From positions 189 to 64,188 of the forward strand of contig JBJMGR010000196.1 in assembly GCA_045807805.1 (NCBI GenBank): a stretch of 64,000 nucleotides of DNA, in the 5' to 3' direction. Below are positions 7,832 through 14,816 of this stretch, piece after piece. This stretch comes from Pyrinomonadaceae bacterium. Its GTDB lineage: Bacteria > Acidobacteriota > Blastocatellia > Pyrinomonadales > Pyrinomonadaceae. The position numbers and the translations under genes were made by a program. Numbering within the stretch: position 1 is the stretch's first letter; the number at the start of each line of letters is the position of its first letter. The notes below the pieces were generated by a model. That model did not search any database, was not told where the DNA came from, and saw only the letters and a program-made list of their open reading frames with translations.

Positions 7832-9153
7832 AGTTTGACTACGATAAGCTGACCATCGTTGGGTTCAACGGGTCGGTCGAGGGCGAATGCGGGTACGCCG
7901 TGGCCGTCGCGAGGTATGAACCCACGGGTAAACACCTGAGGCTCGCGTTCCCGGCCGCCGAGATGGAGCTGTTGAAGGATTTGCGCCGACCGGGAGAGGA
8001 GATCCCACGCATCCCCCCCGAAGCTTACGAGCCCGAGGGGCGTCCTTCGCTCGACGACGAGTCCGTCATCAGGGGATACGAAGAGAGGGGCAGGCTCACA
8101 CTCTTCCGCGAGGGCCTATGGTTCAAGGCCGACCACAACGCGATGGTGCTCTACGTCACGCAGCGGATGCTCGACACCGCCAGGGAGGAGTTGCGCCCCG
8201 CGCCCCTCGAAGATGTATTCCGCAACGTGCTCAAAGAGGAGCCGCGTTGGGAACTGTTGTCCGAGTCGCCCGAGATAGTCTGGGTGACCTGCGCCTCCGT
8301 GGACGCAGCCTTCCTGCTGATAGACCATTGGTGCAAGGGGCTTCGGCACGAGTGCATCGGCCGCCTGATTAGATTCATCGAGAGCGGGGAGCGGGACAGG
8401 GAGGCGCTCGGCGAGGCGGAGGCCGCGGTCGAGATGGCGCTCGCGGCGGCGCGGAGCTACGTGCTGCGCGAAGACCTGTTCCTCCTCTACAGCATCGTGC
8501 TGACCTACACGTCCCCGCTGATGGTCAAAAACATATTCGAGATGGGGATACTGCCCGAGTTCAAGAAGACCGAGTGGACGCAAGCGGTGTTCGACGAACA
8601 GCGGCATCTACTCCTGAAGGCGTTCCACGAGAGGGCGCAGGCAAAAATCGCCGCGCGGGCCGGGGCAGCTTCGGCCGGGGCGGGCGGGCGCGCTCTGCTC
8701 GGGGAGATACTCGCGCACACAGACGAGCGCTCTCCCGAAGAGCTGATGAGCAAAGTCGCCGAGGCCGTCGCGGAAGTCGGCCGCGCGCAGGAAGGGCACG
8801 CGCAGTTCGTCAAGGCGAAAGAGTGTGCGGAGTCCTTCATGCGCCGGTTCAAACCCGACTTGGCCGTGTACAAAGAGATAGTCGAAGAGCTGAAGCGGAA
8901 CATCGTGCTCATCAAGGTCGAGACAGAGCCGAGGCTCAAGGTCTTCGCCTCAGACCCAATCTTCTACCTCCTGCCGCGCACCACACGCCTCAGGGAGACG
9001 AAGGAGGTCAACTTCTACGACTTCCTCGAAGTCGTTCGCGACCACATGGACGATTACAGGAGAGCGAACGAAGGAAGATGTACCCCACTCGCGCGCTACG
9101 CGCTGGAAGAGGCGAAAGACGTTCCCGAACGCTTCCAGGTCGCAAGACGCTAA
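7828..9153 (+). CDS. hypothetical protein B (second gene of the three-gene operon)
   Basis: 441 aa from the ATG at 7828, with an AAGGGGAAGGA purine tract upstream. The start overlaps the gene A stop. The sequence (MKFDYDKLTIVGFNGSVEGECGYAVAVARYEP...) is largely helical with an Ala/Gly linker (AARAGAASAGAGG). I recognise no motif. The longer track ORF starting at 7639 overlaps gene A out of frame and is rejected. Confidence 0.7.
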   Translation: MKFDYDKLTIVGFNGSVEGECGYAVAVARYEPTGKHLRLAFPAAEMELLKDLRRPGEEIPRIPPEAYEPEGRPSLDDESVIRGYEERGRLTLFREGLWFKADHNAMVLYVTQRMLDTAREELRPAPLEDVFRNVLKEEPRWELLSESPEIVWVTCASVDAAFLLIDHWCKGLRHECIGRLIRFIESGERDREALGEAEAAVEMALAAARSYVLREDLFLLYSIVLTYTSPLMVKNIFEMGILPEFKKTEWTQAVFDEQRHLLLKAFHERAQAKIAARAGAASAGAGGRALLGEILAHTDERSPEELMSKVAEAVAEVGRAQEGHAQFVKAKECAESFMRRFKPDLAVYKEIVEELKRNIVLIKVETEPRLKVFASDPIFYLLPRTTRLRETKEVNFYDFLEVVRDHMDDYRRANEGRCTPLARYALEEAKDVPERFQVARR

Positions 9154-9159
9154 GCCCAC

Positions 9160-11694
9160 ATGCAGAAACCGACCGACCCCTTGTCGCGCGCTCCAAAAGC
9201 GTTGGAGGACTATTGCGGTAGTTACTCAGAGGCCGTGTCGAAGGTGATGGACTTCGGCCGCGCCCTCTGGAAACTCGCCTTCCTCAAGCCCCCCGGCGGC
9301 TCCGCGATCCAGACCGAAAGAGAGCAGCACCAGAAGGAGAAAATCCTGAGCGCGAAGTATGGCTGGGAGGTGCATCACGCCCCCGTCCATCACCACGTCG
9401 TGGATGTCCACCAACTGACGGACAAGAAGCGGTTCTTCTCCGATGTCTTCCTGCTCAACCTCTTCACCGACCACCTTCAGGAGAAGGGGCTCTACGTCCT
9501 CACGACGGCCAACAACTACGCGTGGCTGAACGGCGCGGTCTTCGAGCCCGTCACGCTCGTCCGCCACTTCCTCGGCGGCCTTAAGGCTGAGACCGACCTG
9601 CGCTACTTCGTCAGGCGAGACATAAGGATGAAGTACGGCTACGAGATGTCGTCGCTCACGGCCCACTTCTTCCACTTGCTGGCCGACTCCGTCAACAAGA
9701 GGCTGGAAGCGGGAGACCTCTTACTACGCGCTGATGGGATGAGTGAGTCCGGCCGCAACTGTAGTTACAAGGACGGCTTCAGCAGCGTCCTTTGGAATGC
9801 CTTGAAGGAAGACGGGCAGTGGAATGGCGCGGAGGAGAAGGATGATAACGACGACGATGACACCTACGAGCCCGGCATCGTCAAGATGTTCGTCGAGTGT
9901 TGTAGAGATGCGAGGTACTTGAGGGCGGCGGACTGGAGGCCGGGCTACATCCGCATCGAGACGCAGTTCTTCGACGCCGAATACCTCGTCTCGCGGCTCT
10001 TCGGACTGCCGACAAAAATCTCCGGGTTCGATGACCTTTTCGGCGGCGGCGGCCTCATACTCTCGGAGGACTCGCAGGCGGGCGCGGCAGCAGCGGCAGC
10101 AGCAGCAGCGGACGCAGACGCCGTGGTGGAGACAGACGAGGCGGACGCGGACGGCGACGCGTCATCGCCCGCCCCGCCTAGGCGCGGGCGTCTGAACGGC
10201 CGGACGATACTCATCAAGGGCCGCTTCGGTACCGGCAAGTCGCTGCTCTCCATGCAACTCGCCGTCGAGGTCGCGAGGAAGGGCGGGCTGGCTTGGATAA
10301 TGCCGCAGGAGCAGACGGTCGAGGAGTGCCTGTACGCGCTCGAATCCATGGCGGTGCTGCCGCGCGACGGCTCCGTCATCGTCGCCAAGACCGCGTCCGA
10401 GGCGCTGAAGGTGCTGCGCCGCAGGGACGGCGACCGCGGCGCTCTGATAATCCTCAACGTCCTCTCGAAGAAGTCTTACAAAAACTTCCTCGACGCCTTC
10501 GCCGACAAAGCCACGGACACGAGGCTCTACCCGTTGCGCGTGGTGAGCGTAGACCCGATTAACAGCATCTCGCGGCCGAGGCAGGAGGCGGCCGAGTTGC
10601 GTGCTCTGGTTTTCGAGAAGCTCAAGGAGGTGCGCGAGGCCGGCACCAACATCATACTCGTGGCTGAGGAGGAGAGCGACCCGAAGGGCCAGGCCCGCTC
10701 CAAGCAGAGCGCGGCCTTCGAGCAGAACATCGCGGACACGGTCATTCACCTCTCCATCAACAAGCAGCAGAACAACAACTACGCACAGCGCTATTTCGAG
10801 GTGACCAAGTCGAGGTACCAGCGCGAGCAGCGCGGCGAGCACGCCTTCTCCATCGTGCCGGGCAGGGGGTTCCGCATATTCCCATCGACGGCCGCCGTCC
10901 GCGCACGGATATACACGCGCGGCGCGAGCCCGCCCGCCTACAACATCGATATCGAGCCGCAGTCGCTCACGAACCGGCTCGGCGATGGCTCGGTGATGCG
11001 CGGCGACGTGATCGTCTTTCAGGGCCCAAGCGGGACGTTCAAGACGCCGCTCGGCGTCCCCTTCGTGCTCGGCTCCGACGCCCGCGACGCGAAGGAGTCC
11101 ACCCCCGGCAGACGCCCGAAGCGGTCGCTCTTCATTGCCACGCGCGACAACAAGCCGACCGTCGAGCGGCTGTTTAAGGAGTTCGAGCTAAAGTATCTCA
11201 AGGGCGGGCCGAACACGCGCATGACAAAGAAGAGCATTGAGGAGGTCGTCATCAGCCCGATGCGGCACGGCTACGTCCAGCCCGGCTATATCCTCCAGTC
11301 GCTGATCGACGAGTTCGACAAGGCCGAGCTTGAAGACTACTCCATAGACCGCGTGATGATAGACAACATTTCGCACTGGGAGATGAGCTGCCCCTTCATC
11401 AGGGACGACGAGGCATTCGGCAACACCCTCCTCGACTTTCTCAGGCGGCGAAGGGTCACGAGCCTTATCATCTGCGGCGAGCCGTCGCGCGACGCGCGCT
11501 CAGTGTTGCAGCAGTCGATCGTTGACAACGCCGACTGCGTGCTCAGGTTCAGCCGTTCAGGAAACAGAGGGCGGCAGCGCATCTATATGCGGGTCGTGAA
11601 GACTCACAACATCGAGGCGCGCGAAGACTACTTCGAGTTGATACGCACCGGGGATGAGATTGAGTTCGAGCCTTACTCACAGAGGGGAGGGTGA
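9160..11694 (+). CDS. unknown N-terminal domain fused to a tandem KaiC/RadA/RecA-like P-loop ATPase (first module intact, second degenerate)
   Basis: 844 aa, starting 6 nt after the gene B stop. Module 1: GLPTKISGFDDLFGGGGL ... GRTILIKGRFGTGKSLLSMQLAVEVARKGG (Walker A), LRVVSVDPINSI (Walker B-like), NIILVAEEE, YFEVTKSRYQ..HAFSIVPGRGFRIFP. Module 2: MRGDVIVFQGPSGTFKTPLG (Walker A with Phe replacing the conserved Gly), DRVMIDNISHWE, SLIICGEP, RIYMRVVKTHN..YFELIRTGDEIEF. Residues 1-280 carry no recognisable motif. Confidence 0.8.
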   Translation: MQKPTDPLSRAPKALEDYCGSYSEAVSKVMDFGRALWKLAFLKPPGGSAIQTEREQHQKEKILSAKYGWEVHHAPVHHHVVDVHQLTDKKRFFSDVFLLNLFTDHLQEKGLYVLTTANNYAWLNGAVFEPVTLVRHFLGGLKAETDLRYFVRRDIRMKYGYEMSSLTAHFFHLLADSVNKRLEAGDLLLRADGMSESGRNCSYKDGFSSVLWNALKEDGQWNGAEEKDDNDDDDTYEPGIVKMFVECCRDARYLRAADWRPGYIRIETQFFDAEYLVSRLFGLPTKISGFDDLFGGGGLILSEDSQAGAAAAAAAAADADAVVETDEADADGDASSPAPPRRGRLNGRTILIKGRFGTGKSLLSMQLAVEVARKGGLAWIMPQEQTVEECLYALESMAVLPRDGSVIVAKTASEALKVLRRRDGDRGALIILNVLSKKSYKNFLDAFADKATDTRLYPLRVVSVDPINSISRPRQEAAELRALVFEKLKEVREAGTNIILVAEEESDPKGQARSKQSAAFEQNIADTVIHLSINKQQNNNYAQRYFEVTKSRYQREQRGEHAFSIVPGRGFRIFPSTAAVRARIYTRGASPPAYNIDIEPQSLTNRLGDGSVMRGDVIVFQGPSGTFKTPLGVPFVLGSDARDAKESTPGRRPKRSLFIATRDNKPTVERLFKEFELKYLKGGPNTRMTKKSIEEVVISPMRHGYVQPGYILQSLIDEFDKAELEDYSIDRVMIDNISHWEMSCPFIRDDEAFGNTLLDFLRRRRVTSLIICGEPSRDARSVLQQSIVDNADCVLRFSRSGNRGRQRIYMRVVKTHNIEAREDYFELIRTGDEIEFEPYSQRGG

Positions 11695-11718
11695 ACTTTG
11701 AGCCCGCCCCCCCCGTCA

Positions 11719-13077
11719 CTACTTAACGTCTGGGATGTAGAGGGAGTATGCGCGGTTAAGGAGCCCCACGCCGCCGCCGTGGCCCGCCAGCAGTTCCAGC
11801 ATTTTCCGCCGGATGGTATCGTCCGTATCACCGAATATCGAGGCGACACTCACGTTCGCGCCGGGCGTCATGAGATACGCGAACACGCGGGCCATGCCGC
11901 AGTTCGCAATGAAGTCCGGGATTATCCCGAACTCCTTGTCGGCCTCAATCTGCGTCGTAAGCGAGTGCTCGGCCATCTCGCTGATGTCCTTGAGTTCGCT
12001 GATGTCCTTTATCTCGCTTACGTCCCTGCCGTCGTTGCCATCTCCCACGACGCCGTCGGCTTCGTCCTTTGCCTCGAACGAGAAGGGCACGTTTGAACCG
12101 CAGGCGATGGTGTTCACGCCCGCGCCCCGCAGCTTCCGTATGATTGACGAGTTGACGGTGTAGGACGCGGCGGCGGGCACGAAGATGTCTGCCTCCACTT
12201 TCCAGAACTCTTCCGACTCCTCGACAGACCCCGTCTCGCAGTCGCGCGGCAAGCAACTCCTCTCGCGGCGCTGTAGGAGGTCGTTCACGTTCAGCCCGTC
12301 ATCATCGACCGCCCAAGATCGGCGCTGCCCCACGCCGTTACCGCTCCCGAGCGCGTTCGCGAGGCTTAGTACGCCGACGACGCGCGCGCCCTCGCCCGCG
12401 AGATAGAAGGCGGCCGAGCCTCCGACCTCGCCGAAGCCCTCTATCAGAACGCGCTTGCCCTCAAGTCGCTCCCCCCTGAATTCGTAGTAGTGGCGCAGAG
12501 ACCTCGCAAGCCCGTAGCCGGTTATCATGTTGGCGACCATGAACGACCCCGGCGGGTCGGGAAGGTACATCTCCACGCCGTCGTTGAGCTGGCCGAATAT
12601 CCTCCCATACTCTCCCTCCGTGAGTCTGAAGTGGCCGCGTACAATGCCCTCCTGCGGGTGTGAGAGGTCGAGCAGGTCGTGTGTCAACCTCTTGACTTCG
12701 CCCTCTCTGACGTTCAGGTCGCCGCCCGTGCCATAGCAGTTGCGCAGGAATAGCCTGATGGCCCTGTACCAGCGGCTCAGCACGCCTCTCATTTTCTCTT
12801 CGTCGCGCGGATCGAAGTTGACTTTGATGACAGACTTCGCGCCTCCGATGGCGGGGCCGGAGATGCGAAACTTCACCTCCATCGTCTTCGCGAGGAAGAC
12901 TGCTTCCTCCCTCGTCGCGTTCTCGCGCATGCGCGTACCGCCGCCGGCCGCGCCGCCGCGTAGCGAGTTGATGACCAGCCATCCGACCGAGTCCGTCTCG
13001 TCGTCGTTCCATTCAAGCGTCAGCAGCGGCCGAACCTTGAAGAACTCTTTGTACTTTCGATATCCATCGTCAGTCAT
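11719..13077 (-). CDS. Glu/Leu/Phe/Val dehydrogenase family protein
   Basis: 452 aa. Motifs seen: GGAAGGGTRM, FLAKTMEVKFRISGPAIGGAKSVI (catalytic-Lys region) and a Rossmann GFGEVGGSAA. It is the last gene of an operon with tyrS, with a 2-nt gap. Confidence 0.8.
   Translation of the reverse strand: MTDDGYRKYKEFFKVRPLLTLEWNDDETDSVGWLVINSLRGGAAGGGTRMRENATREEAVFLAKTMEVKFRISGPAIGGAKSVIKVNFDPRDEEKMRGVLSRWYRAIRLFLRNCYGTGGDLNVREGEVKRLTHDLLDLSHPQEGIVRGHFRLTEGEYGRIFGQLNDGVEMYLPDPPGSFMVANMITGYGLARSLRHYYEFRGERLEGKRVLIEGFGEVGGSAAFYLAGEGARVVGVLSLANALGSGNGVGQRRSWAVDDDGLNVNDLLQRRERSCLPRDCETGSVEESEEFWKVEADIFVPAAASYTVNSSIIRKLRGAGVNTIACGSNVPFSFEAKDEADGVVGDGNDGRDVSEIKDISELKDISEMAEHSLTTQIEADKEFGIIPDFIANCGMARVFAYLMTPGANVSVASIFGDTDDTIRRKMLELLAGHGGGVGLLNRAYSLYIPDVK
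11979..12032. repeat. in-frame 18-bp tandem repeat (about 3 copies) inside the dehydrogenase gene
   Basis: cgctgatgtccttgagtt / cgctgatgtcctttatct / cgcttacgtccctgccgt. On the coding strand this encodes (R)DVSEIKDISELKDISEM. Confidence 0.8.
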
Positions 13078-13079
13078 CT

Positions 13080-14420
13080 CTAGTCTCCGTCGACCCTGAA
13101 GAGGTGGTACTGCTTTTCCCCCCTGCTCAGGAGCAGGAACCGACCGCCGCCTATCGCGTCTTCGGGCCGCACGCGCATGGAAACGTCGGCCACCCTCTTG
13201 TAGTTGAGGTAGATGCCGCCGCTCTGAATCAGGCGCTTCGCCTGCGCCTTGCTCGGCACCTGCTTGTCGCCCTCGGTCATCGTGGCGAGCCCGGACTCGA
13301 ACACGAGATCGACGACGGACATCCCCTCGCCGCCGAGGCGCTCGCTGTCCAAGGGGGTGGAGGGCACGTAGCCGAACGCCTCGCCGATGTCGGCGTCGTC
13401 GGCCCCCGCGGCCTCGCCGCCGAAGATGGCGCGCGTCGCACGCTCGGCGTTCGCCAGTGCCTCGTCGCCGTGGAGCATCCTCGTCACCTCGCGCGCGAGC
13501 CTCCGCTGTGCCTCACGCTTCTGCGGCTCGGAAGCCACCGCGCTCTCGTACTCCGCTATCTCCTCTTCGGAGAGCCAAGTGAAGTATTTGAGATGGGCGA
13601 TGACCGAGGCGTCGTCGCTGTTCAGGAAGTATTGATAGAAGCTGTAGGGCGTCGTGTAGTGCTTCGGGAGCGAAGGGTCGGCGTTGAGCCACACGCTGCC
13701 CGATTCGGTCTTACCGAACTTGACGCCCTTCGGGTCCATCAACAGCGGCAGGACGAGCCCGTAGGCTCGCGCGCCCTGCTCGCCGCGCACGCGCCTTATG
13801 AGGTCAACACCCGCGAGTATGTTGCCCCATTGGTCACTGCCGCCCATCTGTAGCGTACAGCCGTGCCTTTCGTTGAGTACGAGGAAGTCGTAAGCCTGAA
13901 GCAGCATGTAGCTGAACTCGGTGTAAGTTATACCTTGCTCCATCCTGCGCTTGACCGACTCCCTTGAGAGCATGGAGTTGATGGAGAAGTTCTTCCCTAC
14001 GTCGCGCAGGAAGTCTATGAGTGGGATGCTCGTCAGCCAGTCGGCGTTGTTGATTATGAGCGCGGGATTGTCCTTGGCGTCAAAGTCGAGGAAGTGGCTC
14101 AACTGCTCTTTGATCTTCTGTAGATTGTGTTCGACCTGCTCCTTCGTGAGCAGTTGCCGCTCGTTCACCTTGCCGCTGGGGTCGCCTATGAGCCCCGTGC
14201 CGCCGCCGACGATGGCGATGGGCCTGTGGCCGTGGCGCTGTAGCCGCGCGAGCGACATTATGGGGAGCAGCGAACCGACGTGCAGGCTCGGCGCCGAAGG
14301 GTCGAATCCGATGTATGCGGTGACCGACTCCTTCGCCAGAGCTGTTTGCAGCCCTTCAGTGGCGTCGTAAATCATGCCGCGCCACATAAAGTCATCGAAT
14401 ACGTTCGTCGAATTACTCAT
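13080..14420 (-). CDS. tyrS: tyrosyl-tRNA synthetase
   Basis: 446 aa. Class I HIGH-type motif (PSAPSLHVGSL), KMSKS-type motif (KFGKTESG), and a C-terminal S4-like RNA-binding domain (KRLIQSGGIYLN). Confidence 0.9.
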   Translation of the reverse strand: MSNSTNVFDDFMWRGMIYDATEGLQTALAKESVTAYIGFDPSAPSLHVGSLLPIMSLARLQRHGHRPIAIVGGGTGLIGDPSGKVNERQLLTKEQVEHNLQKIKEQLSHFLDFDAKDNPALIINNADWLTSIPLIDFLRDVGKNFSINSMLSRESVKRRMEQGITYTEFSYMLLQAYDFLVLNERHGCTLQMGGSDQWGNILAGVDLIRRVRGEQGARAYGLVLPLLMDPKGVKFGKTESGSVWLNADPSLPKHYTTPYSFYQYFLNSDDASVIAHLKYFTWLSEEEIAEYESAVASEPQKREAQRRLAREVTRMLHGDEALANAERATRAIFGGEAAGADDADIGEAFGYVPSTPLDSERLGGEGMSVVDLVFESGLATMTEGDKQVPSKAQAKRLIQSGGIYLNYKRVADVSMRVRPEDAIGGGRFLLLSRGEKQYHLFRVDGD

Positions 14421-14434
14421 GCCGTCGCCTCCCG

Positions 14435-14466
14435 CCCCGCCCGCCGAAGTACTTCAGCGGGCGGGG
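14435..14466 (-). promoter_or_regulatory. 32-nt GC-rich palindrome abutting the tyrS Shine-Dalgarno sequence
   Basis: ccccgcccgccgaagt|acttcagcgggcgggg with one mismatch. On the mRNA it ends 1 nt before GGGAGG and 14 nt before the AUG. The function (operator, stability or translational control) is not determinable from sequence. Confidence 0.3.
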
Positions 14467-14760
14467 TAATATTCCCATATACGTTTCGTCGCGCCTTCGG
14501 CCGTGAAGATGTGATACCGGCGTCCCGAGAAGGAACAGACGATAGATCGTTTTTAGAGTAATACGAGAACGGGTTTTAGTGAAGAGCTTGCATACGCATT
14601 CTCGCGGCGGGGAACGTATTGCCGCCCTTCGTGTCTAATGCTATGTTAGGCCGCCTCCTTGAAACTGCGACAGTCCGCCTTAATCGATTGAGTAGCCCGC
14701 AAGTCACAGAGAGCCCCTGCGTTCTTTCTGTCGGGAGCGGGCCGAAGTCCGCCCGGCGAG

Positions 14761-14786
14761 CAATGATAACGTACAATGATAACGTA
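14761..14786. repeat. 13-bp perfect direct repeat x2 upstream of the alpha-2-macroglobulin gene
   Basis: caatgataacgta caatgataacgta, lying 31-56 nt upstream of the ATG at 14817. It contains a TACAAT -10-like hexamer at 14772-14777. Confidence 0.8.
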
Positions 14787-14816
14787 CATAGACGGCTCTC
14801 CTTGAGGCCACGAGTG

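Noticed and set aside
6588-11718. Integrase, transposase, tRNA attachment site or flanking direct repeats delimiting the low-GC insert
   Set aside because: None could be found by eye at either boundary. The horizontal-transfer inference therefore rests only on composition, codon usage and the absence of host repeat elements.
14421-14620. T-box leader upstream of tyrS
   Set aside because: Reading the minus strand, I found no match to the T-box sequence (..GGGTGGTACCGCG..). I also found no convincing specifier-loop context for a UAC codon. Only the SD-adjacent palindrome is reported.
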